Below, piece by piece: positions 37,039-49,650 of a stretch of DNA of 64,000 bases. Every line of letters starts with the position of its first letter. Positions within the stretch are counted from its first letter, which is position 1. This DNA is from Felis catus (lineage: Eukaryota): the NCBI RefSeq assembly GCF_018350175.1, contig NC_058368.1, positions 124,684,001 through 124,748,000 on the forward strand, read 5' to 3'. The translations under genes and the position numbers were made by a program. A model generated the notes under the pieces. That model had not been told where the DNA came from, did no database searches, and saw only the letters and a program-made list of their open reading frames with translations.

Positions 37039-37254
37039 TGTGTGTCTGGGTGGCTCAGTTGGTTAAGCATCACACTTCGGCTCATGGTTCATGAGTTCGA
37101 GCCCCACATCTGGCTCTATGCTGACAGTGTGAAGCTTGGAGCCTGCCTCAGAATCTGCATCTCTCTTCTCTCTGCCCCTCCCCTGCTTGTGCTCTGTCTC
37201 TCTCTCTGTCTCAAAAGTAAATAAACATTTTAAAAAATTAAAAAAGAAATAAAA
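37039..37254 (+). mobile_element. Can-SINE
   Basis: SINEC body; degenerate TSD agagaaattgatgacc / agaaaaaatgataacc. Confidence 0.93.
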
Positions 37255-37520
37255 AGAAAAAATGATAACCACAACTCACAGCTCTCCATTTAGCCCTGGC
37301 CTTTTTCTCCCAAGTTGCTCGGGAGAGTATACGACCAGAGTCCATACCAGGAAATACCCAAATTTACTTTTTTCACTTCTTCCCTGCACCATCTGAGTTA
37401 AAAGTAGTAGTGGGGACAAGTGCTGATGAAGACTTCAGATCTAAGAGTCAAAGCCACAGGAAAATGTCTTTTAAATGTATTCATCTATTGGGAAAAGCAT
37501 CAATGGAAGAACATTTATTG

Positions 37521-37790
37521 GGAGGCAAAATAATTCAGTTAAAAGGTTAGATTCTGGAGCCAGACAGACAGCCAGTTCAAGTCCAACACCAGTGCACACC
37601 ATGTCTGCACCATTGAGTGAAGTTCTTCAACTACATCTATTTCCTCATTTGTCAAATTAGGAGGATGTCAATAAGAGTACCTACCTCATAAGGTTACTGT
37701 GAGCATTAAAGGAGTTAATTCTTGAAAACTACTTAGACAAGTATCTAACACATGGTAAATACCCACCAAATATACCATGACTGTTGTTGC
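37521..37790 (+). mobile_element. MIR SINE, near full length
   Basis: gattctggagccagac...tttcctcatttgtcaaat...agtacctacctcataaggttactgtgagcattaaa. Confidence 0.85.
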
Positions 37791-38421
37791 AATTGCTGCT
37801 GTTATTTATATCATCACCCATCGTCACTGTCATTGTCATCAGCCAACCCTTTCCTGACAAAGTTACAAATTTGAAGCAATGTCTATCAACTGAACATAAA
37901 GAAACAGCTGCCCTACCCTCTACTTCTCCAATATGTGAATATATTTCACAGATTTTCTCTATATGTATGTATACATGTATATATATTGGTCTGTAAGTCT
38001 ATTCTATAAAACTCTGAAGCCAAATATCTCCTACATGCCATACTATGCAACTCCTCTAATGCCCCAGAAATTCAAGAGATTCAGGATAAGAAAGTTTATA
38101 TTGGATACTGAACACACAATAAGGATAGTATATGTCAAATAAATCATTTCGGTGCTTCTCTCCCTATACAGAGACTCACTGCTTCTGCATCTTAGCTTTA
38201 AACAAACCTCAAATTAGAGTGTTTTTATTGTTTTTTCCCTCCTCTTGTTCCACCAAGCTAAGGTTATTTTATGTCAACTGACATGTAAGAAAAATACATC
38301 TCTCTTCTTTCAGCCCTTGGCTGCTTCAGTCAACCCAACATGCAGCTTCAAGAGCATCAGAGGTCTAATGCTAATTTTCAACACTGATCCAATCAATACT
38401 TAAACTGGTTGAACACCCAAT

Positions 38422-38486
38422 AATACTAATACTTAATACTATTCCCTATTACTAATACTCAATACTAATACTAATACTCAAATACT
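38422..38486. repeat. Degenerate (AATACT)n repeat
   Basis: Repeated aatact units. Confidence 0.75.
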
Positions 38487-38520
38487 GAAGCAGCATAAAC
38501 AACAACATAAAATATCTGAT

Positions 38521-38667
38521 CAGGACAGGCTACATAATTTTCAGGGCTCAGTGTAAAATAAAAACGTGGGTACCCTTCTTCAAACATTAATAATTTCAAA
38601 ACGGTGACAGCAGATCATTAAACCAGGTGCTGGCTGCACAGGCTGCATGCTCATGAAGCCAGTTCTG
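38521..38667 (-). mobile_element. MER45A-like hAT-Tip100 MITE
   Basis: caggacaggctacataattt...gacagcagatcattaaacca...catgaagccagttctg termini. Confidence 0.8.
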
Positions 38668-39189
38668 CTCCTGGTCACAGAGCTGTCACCACCACCATGA
38701 CCATCCTGGACCAATACTCCTAAAACTGCTCCCATCTCTCACTACAGTGCTGCTTGCTCAAGCCAAGAAAATTATTTTGTCATCATCCTCCACTAAAGTC
38801 TCACATGCCATTCACTTTATCTCCAGTGTCCTGGTCACCTAAACCTCACTCTTTTCAAAGTTCTGCTCAATGCAGCTTAGATGGAGCATGCCAACGGCAG
38901 AAGGGGCTACTCTTCCTGCTTATGAGAGGATATTAGAGGTGTGAAGTGAGATAAGGATGTAGCAGAGGCATGGAATGTGCTTATGGGTGAAGCTTTCAGG
39001 TCCTGTCCTGAGGGACTCCCATCATCCAAGTGTTCTATTTATTTGCACTTCCCACTGCCCAAAAGATCTAGCTCTGGTGTGTATAGCTCTGAACAGGTAG
39101 GTGAACTGTGACTATGGCTGCCATTTTGTTTTTACAAGCTCATTTGTGTTTGCCCCATTTCCCCACCATTGAGACCTCAAGATGTAAGG

Positions 39190-39370
39190 AAGAAAGATTA
39201 AGCTTAGAGTCTTGATTCCTCACCCTGGCTCTCACTGCTACGTGACCCAGAGCAATCATTTCTCCAAGCTTCAGTTTCCTCACTTGTTAAATGGGATAAT
39301 GAACAACTGCCCTGCCTGCTGCACAAGATTACAATAGTCTCAAATAAGATAAGGTATATAAAACTCTTAC
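39190..39370 (+). mobile_element. MIR SINE
   Basis: gcttcagtttcctcacttgttaaatgggataatg. Confidence 0.75.
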
Positions 39371-41911
39371 AGCAGGACCTGTGCCCCCTTCACTCTTCTT
39401 CATTCTTATCTCTCTAAATGCAGCACATGGTAAGTATCCAATAAATGTTGGATGAATGAAGAGAAACCAAAAACCACTATAACATCAACACATCAACTTT
39501 GTGAGGGCAAAGCCCATTTACTTCCATTTTCTATTCCAAAATGAAAAGGTTACAAAGTACCTTCCAAAGAGCATAAGAATTTTTCCATTATTAACACAAA
39601 TAATGGTTCCTCTTTTCTTCCTTTGGGTTTCAGAATTGTAATATAAGTACACAGTCACTTTAAAACTCTTTCCCATTTCCACTCTCTCTAATTACATGGT
39701 ATCATGAGCCAAAAGATAGACCATGAGATCCTGATGTTGCTACAACTTGCAAGTGACGCAAATTATCATTAGCAAACTGCATCTGAAACTGAGAGCACTT
39801 CACCCAAAAAGATCCCAGGAGAAACCGCCTACTCGAATGACAATAAAGGCTGAGTTCACAGATTAAGGAACACATCATGACCAACCTGTAGATGTTTTAA
39901 AAGCATTCATTATCGCTACAGCAGGTCATAGGGAGACTAAACCAACTGCACTTATCTGTTATGATTTAAAAAAAAAAAAAAAGCCACCAACACACTTCAC
40001 AAGTGCTAAAGCTCCAGGCTAAATTGGTTGCAAGGCATAAAGCCATCAGTGCATTCAAAGAAATAGTCTCTGCAATTATCACTAATTAACCAGCCCTAAC
40101 AACCTGGAGCCACTTGGAGAGGTTTATGCTTGAATGTAAATGAGAAGGGAACTGCTGGATAGAGATGGTATGGTATATTTGTTTTGTTTTGACTTCTTTC
40201 CGGATATATTTCAGTTTACATAAACATTTGAAGGTTGGATCAGACAGGTTATATAGCACAATGGTAATAGGAATGTCTTTATAAAAACTTTGATATGGTC
40301 TAAATTAGGTTTCAAGAAGGAGGGCAGCCATGGGAGTCTTTTTCAATTTTTAATTTCATGCCCTGACCAGCACCTCATACCACTTAATAAATCACAGGTA
40401 CCTCTGACTTACAACAAGTGAGCAGTGTTTCCATGGCTTCAGTTCTTGCTATAGATTTCAGAAGGAACAGACACTGCTTGGAGAGAGAACCTGTCAATCT
40501 TCTGGTTTAGGCACAGCATGTGTGACCTTTGGTTGACCTCGGGTTCTGGGATTTGAGGGTTAAAGTTGTCTTTTGGCATTTGAGTCTGATTTTTTTTTCT
40601 CCAAAGTCTTTAGAGAAATAAAAGATGGCAAAATTGTTTCCTATAGAAGAGTTTAGTGACTACCTCAGTTACTGCCTTATGAAAAACACTTCTTCAGGAA
40701 AGCACCTCTTTCTCATCTGTTTTTGTTTCTCTTTTAGCATCTAAATTGCAAAGAGCTTGTTTAAAATTAGCACATTCTTCTGCATAAGGGAAGGTAAAGT
40801 GAAGGTAATGTATGAAATGTTAAAGTCTACGTGTTTTCAAGGTGGAGCCAGACTGAAACAACCTGACAGGTTGAACTAAACAAAGCCCTCACCTCCCTGA
40901 ACATGAATTTTCTTAGCACAAATTCTTCCCTCCTGAAGGCAGATAGTTGAGGGGCAGGTGGGAACCTTAAGCTACATAATCATCTCTTTAATAAATGCAT
41001 TTTTATTGACCCTGATGTTTGATTACGGGTAAACCATGAAATATATTACCCTACTCCTAAGTGAAGCAGGAAAGCTTTCATAGAGAGGTTTTATTGTTTA
41101 CATTCAGTGAAAGGAAGAGTCTGACTTGAAGTACTCAGATTTAATCTCTCTCTGAATTAAAATGGTTCTATTGTACTATAGCTGCTAGTACTGTTAGGAA
41201 AAGGGAATCCAAGATTTTTGCCCAGCCATAGAATCCCTTCCTACAAGGGAGCTATACATGTGGCCACAAATAAACAAACATGCCTGGTTTATTGGCAGCT
41301 GTGCTCAGTGTAACAAGAGTTTATTTTCCTTTAGGAACCCACAGTTGAATAATGTTCTGGTGCCCTGGCTGTTTCATAACTCTCCATGTAATTAAGCAGT
41401 TGGCATGACCTTCTGTAGCAAGATAATAATAGGAGTTAAGCAAAGGTAGTGCGTGTACACAAGGGCACTTTGGACTGCTCAAACTCACAAATACAAGCTT
41501 TCAAATAAATGCAAAACTGTCAAATTTGAGGAGTTTTTCCCACCACAGTATCAACCCCTACATACATATACACACACCATGCAAGTTCCTGTAATTGAAG
41601 AACTGAAAGGTTCAAAGGGGGTTGGGGGTGGGGGCACTAGCTGTCATTTCTCACACACCACCTCCACTATCCAGATAAGTTTAAGGATGAATACCAAAAC
41701 CAGTCATTTGCAAAAGGCAAATCAGTATAGATTTCCAAAAGTAAGCTGGTTTTAAGAAAGGAATTATAATCTAAAAAATGATCAGGAGCACAAATTACAT
41801 GGCCACAAAACACCAAGTAGTTTAAAACCAAGATCCAGTAGAACAGATGGGCACCTTTCACAATCTGAAATCTGAGCCCTGCTGTCCCTGGAGAAGCTCA
41901 GTAAACAGGCA

Positions 41912-42395
41912 ACAGGTAGGTATTCTCCAAAGATGGCTACCATCAATGCCTTCCCTTTCTACACACTCATGCTGCTTCTTCCATCAAGATATGCAGTCTA
42001 ATTCCATCTTTGAATTTGAGCTGGCCTTAGTGACTAGCTAAATAATAAACATGGCAGAAATAAAGCTGCATGATTTTGAAGCCACTTCATTAGAGCCTTG
42101 CAGTATCTCCTGGGTATTTGGGGACACTCACTGGTGGGATACTTCCTCTTGAATGCAGCCTCCATGCTAGCAGAAGTTCAAAGATCATGAGAAGCCATTA
42201 GTGGACACCGTGGTGGACAGATGCAGCTGTAATGCCAACCAATAGTCAGTTGCACCTGCTGCCCATGAGAGTGAGCCATCTTGGAGGTGCAGCTGTAGCC
42301 AACATCTGCCTACAACTGTATGAAGGACCCTAAGCAAGAATTGCCTAGTTGAGCCCAGTTAACCCACAGACTGGTGAAAGAGAACAATAAATTGT
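41912..42395 (+). mobile_element. MaLR solo LTR (MLT1G/H-like)
   Basis: ccaaagatggctacca, gctggccttagtgact, gagtgagccatcttgga, gagcccagttaacccacaga. Confidence 0.8.
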
Positions 42396-42694
42396 GTGTA
42401 TGGGTGTGCGTGTGTGTACCAAGTGTGAAATTCCTTTGTTCATCTTTTGCTTATCAATGTATAAGAGATTTCGTAAATTAGGGATATTAACTCCAATATT
42501 AACTCAGGACATTGCTTGACATTTCAATATCATTTCCCTCTTTTGCTGTTTGCTCTTCATCTGCTGCACAGAGGTTAGTTTTTTACTTTGATTTAGTCAA
42601 ATATTTCAATTATTTGCTCGTATGATGTCTGCTTCCACATGCTATTTCATAGGCCTACCTCACACACAAAAACTATATTATTTAGCCATTTAAA

Positions 42695-43140
42695 TATTAA
42701 TTTAATGAATATTCATTGAGCACATAGCCTATGCCAGGCACTCTCTGTGTTGCCAGGTATACAGTATTAATAAAATAGAGTAGGACCATGCCTGTTCTAA
42801 GCTCACAGTCTTCTAAGGGATGGGGAGAAGAATCTGAATATAGAACTGTTATAAAAAATGTTATCCTGAAGCACCTGAGTGGCTCAGTCAGTTGAGCGTC
42901 AGGTCATGATCTCACAGTTCGGGAGTTTGGGTCCACATCAGGCTTTCTGCCGTCAGGGCAGAGCCTGCCCTGTCCTCCTCTCTCTCTACCCTTCCGCTGC
43001 TCAAGCTCTCACTCTCAAAAATAAACAAACACTTAAAAAAAAAAAGAATGTTATCTGTAATGATGGGTAAAATATAGGTCACCATGGAAGCCAATAACAA
43101 GGGTTTCTAGGGAGCTCAAGAAAAGTTTCCTATAAGAAGT
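42695..43140 (-). mobile_element. L2 3' fragment split by a SINE
   Basis: tattcattgagcac...ctatgccaggcactc...aagctcacagtct. Confidence 0.65.
42868..43045 (+). mobile_element. Can-SINE with internal deletion
   Basis: SINEC lacking the cgacttcggctc segment; TSD aatgttatc. Confidence 0.9.
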
Positions 43141-43544
43141 ATAAAATATATACGTGTGTGTACATATATACATATATAACTATATATATATAGTTTCATT
43201 TTATATCTAATTCTTTGATGCATTCAAGTTCAAGTAATAGTGTACATAGGCAATATGATGTAAATTTGAAGTATTATTTTTACATACTGGATTTCTATGT
43301 GTATTTGAAGCTGGTTTTATGTTCTATATCCTGTTTCCTGTTTTACACATCTGCCTCTTTTTGTCTCATAGGTATTCTCCTTATAATTGGTCTTTTAATT
43401 TCATACTGGGCCAAGATGTAAGACTATTCATTTTTTTCCTATGGATGCTTTTTACTCTAAATTATTTTTCTTGATATGCACTTGTATTATTGTCATTCTA
43501 TTATAAAATCACTTTGTAATAATATTTCATAGTTTTTAACTTTT

Positions 43545-44865
43545 TTAATGTTTATTATTTTTTAAAAATTTGTGCTATAAGTGAACGTAATATATGTACT
43601 GAATTTACATAGTATATTCCACTGAATGAAAAATAATAAAATGGTATGCACACACCACCAAGCTCTGACCTTTGAAGCTCCCATGTGCTCCTTCCTAGAC
43701 TGTCCCTCTTTCACATTCTTGAGGTAATCCTGTCCTGAATTAGCATTAAGCATTCTCTTGCTTTTCTTTATAGTTTTACTACCTGTGTATTTTCCTAAGC
43801 AATATAGTTTTTAGTTTTGCTTGGGTTTTAACTTTTTCTAAACGGAATCATTTCATATGTATTTTTCTGTAACTTCCTTTTGTGGTTCTACATTGTATGT
43901 CTGTATGTGTGTTTGTTTACATATGTTGATGTGCACAGTGTAGTCACTTAGTTTTTACTTTTTGTAGTATTCTATTCTGTTCTATTTTTTAATCCTTTAT
44001 GTTATTGATGAATATTTGTATTACTTCCAGATTTTTTTTTAATAGGAATAATGCTTCCCTGAACATCTTCTGGTTTGTATGTGAAAGTTTCTCTAGATTT
44101 ATTTACAGGAGAGAAAGTGCTAGATCATAGGTTATGCATATATTCAATTTTACTAGTTAATGATAGTTTGTTTTACAAAGTGTACCAAATTATATTCCCT
44201 CAGTCTTTGAAAGTTCTTATTACTCCACATCCTTGCCACACTTGATATTAAATAACTTTTTAATTTTTGTTAATCTGGTAGATATGAAAAGAATGCCATT
44301 GTGGTTTTTATTTACACTGTCTTGACACATAATGAAATTAACATTTGCATGTGTTTATTGGCCATTTGTTTTTTCCTCTTCTGAAAAATGACTGTTCATT
44401 ACAATTGCCAATTTTCTATTGGCTTAATCATCTTTTTATTAATGATTCAAATGAGTTACTTTTGTATTCTGGATACTAATCTTTGGTTAGTGCCAAATGG
44501 TTCCATGTGGCAAATGTCTTCCCTTTCTTTATGAATTTTATTTGCTTTCTTTATAGCATCTTCTAATGAGGTGAAATTCTTGATCTTAATGTAGTCAAAT
44601 ATATTAATCTTTTCCTTTATCATTAATTTCTTTTGGTGTCTTATGTAGTAAATCTTTCCCTACCCCAAAGTCCCAGAGATACTCTCTACTTTTTCTAAAA
44701 GTTTTTAAATTTTGCCTTTCAACTTTTAAGTCATGAACCCATCTGGAATTTACTTTTGTATTAGACGTGAAGAGGAAAGTATTTTCCATTTTGTATCCTT
44801 CACAAAGACAACCAGTTGTCCCCCTAATTTTAACTGAATAGTCCTTCCTTGCCTCATTAATCTGG
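43545..44865 (-). mobile_element. Old L1 (L1ME-like) 3' part, antisense
   Basis: ctccacatccttgccacacttg, gtgtttattggccattt, ttctggatactaatc, taccccaaagtc. Confidence 0.85.
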
Positions 44866-45199
44866 TACCCAATGAAAGTGACATTTTAGGATCTCAAATT
44901 TATGCAGAACTCTTCAACGCACCCTCTCCTTGATTAAGCTCTAGTTGTTGCTCCTATCCCTTCAGAACACTTGGCCCATTAAAATCCAAGCAAAATCTAC
45001 CAGGGAAAAGCATCAGATGTTGCACAAGACAGACACCACTCTGAGGCCACATCTCCCTGTAGAATCACTCTTTCTTCTATTTATGGCCTTTAATTATTTT
45101 CCTTATTTTATTACCAGCTCAGTCATACTTTTATAAATATTTGTTTCAGGTATCAGTATAACAGATTTCTCCACACCTTCAATTTAAAATGTTACCCTT

Positions 45200-45407
45200 T
45201 ATATTTTTTAATGTTTATTTATTTTGAAAGAGAGATGGAGAGCAAGCAGGGGAGGGGCAGAGAGAGGGGGAGAGAGAGAATCCTAAGTAGGCTCTGCGCT
45301 GCCAGCACAGAGCCCAACACAGGGCTCAAACCCACAAACCATGAGATCATAACCTGAGCTGAAACCAAGAGTCAAAAGCTTAATAGACTAAGCCACTCAA
45401 GTGCCCC
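45200..45407 (-). mobile_element. Can-SINE, antisense
   Basis: tttaatgtttatttattttga...gagatcataacctgagctgaa...agccactcaagtgcccc. Confidence 0.95.
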
Positions 45408-45429
45408 ATAAAATATCGCCCCTAACTTT

Positions 45430-46215
45430 AAATCTAAATCAATTCTATGCTTTTTTCCAGTAATATTGATTACACTAACAAACTGTATTTCTGTATTTTT
45501 ACATTCTTATTATTATCTTTCACTTTTATTCTGATGAACTGAGTTACATTTTCAAGAAATTTTCCAGGAAGGGTTCATGAATAATCTCTTTCCTGAAAAT
45601 TTACTATTGGCCTCACATAAGAAAGACAACTTAGTTGAGTGGCACTCTTTCCCCCTTGGTATCCTATAGATGTTATTCTGTCATCTTTTATTCAAAAATG
45701 CTTCTGAAGAGTCTGACATCAGTCTGAACTATTTACCTATTTTTTGTTTTTATGAGTAGAGGTTCATGGAGGTAGAGGGAGAAATGGAGTGAGAGTGACC
45801 TGTTTCTGTTTCTATTTGTGGATGATGTAGAATTTTGTTTTCTTTTTTGATGTTATTAACTTCACCAAAATGTATCTCGGTGTGAGATGTTATTTATTAA
45901 ATTTTCCTGGGCCACCATAAACCCCTTCAATCTGAGTATTCAGATCTTTTTTCATTTTAGTTAAGTTTTCTTCTATTACATCTCTGAACGGTTTTTTTTC
46001 TATTTTCTTGTCCATGAATTGGTATTTCCTGTGTCTCAGATCTCCAATGGCTATTCCTTGTATCCATAATTTCCTTTCTAATCTCTTGTCAGTCCTTTTC
46101 CTTAGCCATTTTTGTGATTTTTCTCAACTCTATCCTTTATTTCACTGATTTTGGTGCTTCACAGTGTCAATATTGTTCTTTTACTGCTTCTAATGTAATT
46201 TAAATTTCTGTAACA
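45430..46215 (-). mobile_element. HAL1/L1 ORF1-like relic, antisense
   Basis: caggaagggttcatg, gagtctgacatcagtctga, cccttcaatctgagtattcagatct, aagttttcttctatta. Confidence 0.6.
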
Positions 46216-47014
46216 AAATGGCAGTGCTCATCAAACTACAGTCATGAATACTCTACAGTATTTCAAATTTAAAATGCCCTAAAATCTTACAATTTTTAAA
46301 AACTTCTTTGAGGAGTGAAAAGAAGAAGTATAACTGGCTTTATTGTAAAAGTGGGAGGGGAAGTGTAAATATAAAAGGATAATTTGGAATGTGTAATGTC
46401 TTTACATGCTTTTATTTTGTTTCTTTTCTCCAAATACACATTCCATTTTGACAAAGAATTTAGGAAAATAGCCAAACATGAGTAAGTTTGGCCACACCCA
46501 GAGTGAGCTGACAAACTCCCTTCGCTTTCTACAATTCTGTAACATACACGGTTCAGAGTGTTAAGAAGTCTCATCAATTCCTCTGATATATCAAGGTTAT
46601 TTGTAAATAATTTTTTTCTTTTTTAATGAAATAACCACTGTTTTCTATTAAAGTCAAGAGCACCTCCCAATTGGATCCTGTCCAAAATATCAAAAGAAAG
46701 ATATGGCAGTCTTTCTATCCCAGAAATAAGTACCTTCTACATAGGCTCAAACAACCAGACCAGATCACTTTTCCCATTCCTTTGGAATAGAATAGCACTT
46801 CAGATATGAAATAATTTCACAGATTCTAATTTCAATTATTATGTTCTTTTTTATGAATTGGGAAGCTAAAGTGCAATGGAGGCAGTGCTCTAAAAATAGC
46901 TAGCAAACTGTGAGTTGAATAAAGACCAGACTCCTTATTTGTCAATGTATTTTTAAAGTGCATATGGAAATGTGCATGCAAGGATACTCCTGCACCTTAA
47001 GAGTACATGGAACT

Positions 47015-47241
47015 GGGGCGCCTGGGTGGCGCAGTCAGTTAAGCGTCCGACTTCAACCAGGTCACGATCTCGCGGTCTGTGAGTTCGAGCCCCGCGTCAG
47101 GCTCTGGGCTGATGACTCAGAGCCTGGAGCCTGTTTCCGATTCTGTGTCTCCCTCTCTCTCTGCCCCTCCCCCGTTCATGCTCTGTCTCTCTCTGTCCCA
47201 AAAATAAATAAAAAACGTTGAAAAAAAATTAAAAAAAAAAA
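47015..47241 (+). mobile_element. Young felid Can-SINE
   Basis: Near-identical to the 29483 copy; TSD aagagtacatggaact / aagagtaggtggaact. Confidence 0.98.
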
Positions 47242-47824
47242 AAGAGTAGGTGGAACTACTATTGCAACATTGTCATTTTCTAGGGAAAATTAAGTGGGCA
47301 GCTTCCTTTATGTATGGACAAATTAGAGCTGTGCAGAAATTTTCTAATTAGTGTGTGGTGATGACTCTGTTCAGTAGCCCTGGCAAAAGGCTCCAATGAG
47401 GATAACACAAGAATTTTTTAAAGTCATTTCTCCAAGTATAAAAAAAAGTGAACAGAATTAGAATTCTTTAACTTAATAAGGAAGAATTATTCAACTTAAG
47501 AAGTGAGAATGCTAAGGGCTAAATTTATTATTTTCAAGTACCTCAGAAGGAGTTCAACTCTCTATAGCCCATAAAGAGGAAACTTAGATAACTGTGGCAG
47601 AAAGTTGGCTTACATCAAAACAACAACAACAACAACAACAACACCCTCCCAATTACAATGATTGAAGAAAAAATCACCAAAGAAATGACAAAATAATAAC
47701 ACTAATAATACTTATCAATTATTTAGCATATTATGTCAGTTTATATGTTAAGCACTTTGTAGACTTTATCTTATTTAACACTCATAATAATATCCTATGA
47801 TAAGTATTGTTACCTCCATTGAAC

Positions 47825-48476
47825 ATTTATTTATTAAACAATTCTTTCTAGTGCCCTCTAGGTCACTGTCCTTAGGCTGCAGGATTAAAAGTTCATAAGT
47901 CTAGTAAAAGTCCCTGGATTTATGAAGCTTTTATTCTAATGGGGAGGAGAATGACAATAAATAAATAAATTAAATTAATAAATAAGAAAAGTAACTTAGG
48001 GTGGAAAGTTATTACACAGAGAATTAAAACTAGAAGGGTAAGACAGTCACTGGGCAAATTAGGCAATCAGAGAAGGTATCTCTGAGATGGTAAGATCTGA
48101 TTGACAGGAAGGAGCCAGATAGGAAAAGGAAAGTGGCAAGAACACTGGTGACAGAGAGAGCAAGTAGAGACAAGGACCAAAGGCAGAAACAAATTTAACC
48201 ACTTGTGGAAGATAAAAGGCCACTATGACTGGAGCACAACAGAAACAGGAAAACAGCACAAGAAGACAGTCAAGGGAAGGTTAGAGAACAGGTCGTGGGG
48301 CTTACTGAGGGTTAAGTTAAAGATTCTGGATTTTATTCCAAGTATTTTGGGATGTCCTGGGAGAGTCTTATATATCAGAGTGAAATAATCAGATATCTTT
48401 TTTAAGCATCATTCTGGCTTCTGTACAGAGATGGACTGTGGAAAGACAAGAATGGAAGCAAAGAGATCATTAAGCC
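47825..48476 (-). mobile_element. L2 LINE 3' portion
   Basis: ttattctaatggggaggaga, caatcagagaaggtatctctgagatggtaa, ggattttattccaagt, atcattctggcttctgt. Confidence 0.85.
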
Positions 48477-48592
48477 TTTCCTTGGAAGTAGAGAAAAGCT
48501 TCTCCCAGGAAAATGGATGCAGGAGGGGACCTGGTCACTTATCTGCTCTATAATTTGGTCATAGCTAGAGTCTGTTAAATTCTCCCACTCCA

Positions 48593-48783
48593 GGGTTGTC
48601 TGGGTGGCTCAGTTGGTTAAGCGTCCAACTTCAGCTCAGGTCATGATCTCATGGTTTGTGACCTGGAGCCCCATATCAGGCTCACTTCTGTCAGCACAGA
48701 GCCCACTGCAGATCCTCTGTGTCCCTCTCTCTCTGCCCCTTCTCTGCTGGTTCTATCTCTCTCTATCTCAAAATGAATAAACT
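48593..48783 (+). mobile_element. Can-SINE
   Basis: Perfect TSD ttaaattctcccactc (48575-48590 / 48784-48799). Confidence 0.96.
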
Positions 48784-48949
48784 TTAAATTCTCCCACTCT
48801 ACAGTGGTTAGACAGTGTCATAAGAGCACCAATCTGCTATAAAACTTTCCAGCTGATACTGTCTTCCTTGTTTTTAAGTCTTTGCAGCAGTTGACTTACC
48901 TACCAACATAATTCCTACCACCCCCAAAAGGCAAACAAAGTGCAAAAAA

Positions 48950-48985
<36 letters not shown>

Positions 48986-49212
48986 GTCTTTAGTCAGGTG
49001 GAAGTGTCCTAAAATGTGTCTGACTTTAATGGAATATAACTGACTGGGGCCAACTCTTATCTGTAATGCAAGGCTGACCCTACCCAGAAAATCTTTTTCC
49101 TGTCTTTAATAGTATATCCAAGAAGAATTGATGTACAGGAATTCTTAAGAGATTCCTCATGATACTGGGGAAATCCAGCCTGCCAAAGTTATTGTTAAAA
49201 AAAAAAAGGTAA

Positions 49213-49347
49213 GGGCACATGGGTGGCTCAGTTAGTTGAGCATCTGACTCTTGATGCTCAAGGATTGAGCCCTGCATCAGGCTCTGCACTGAGCATGGAG
49301 CCTGCTTAAGATTCTCACTCTCTCTAAAAACAAACAAACAAGCAAAT

Positions 49348-49385
<38 letters not shown>
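49213..49385 (+). mobile_element. Short Can-SINE ending in (CA)17
   Basis: gggcacatgggtggctcag...gagcctgcttaagattctc; CA run at 49351-49385. Confidence 0.9.
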
Positions 49386-49387
<2 letters not shown>

Positions 49388-49650
49388 TTTTAAAAGATAC
49401 TTTAAAAAATGTTTTGATTAGGTTATTCCTCAAATTTCATCACATAATGGGAAATTAACAATGTGGCATATATGATTAGTCCCTTGATGAAGGGTAAAAG
49501 ATCAAAGGAATCATGAACATTGATGTGTCCATCAGGAAATCATCTACATGCATCTCTCATCTTCCTTCTACAATATGCTCAAGTCAAATCAATGATGTTT
49601 AATATCTATGGCCAACATGTGAAACAGATATTAGAAAAACAGATTCTAGT

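Noticed and set aside
40738..40804. Plus-strand exon-like signal (long pyrimidine tract, AG, two GT donors)
   Set aside because: Stops in all frames and opposite to the inferred transcription direction; likely chance
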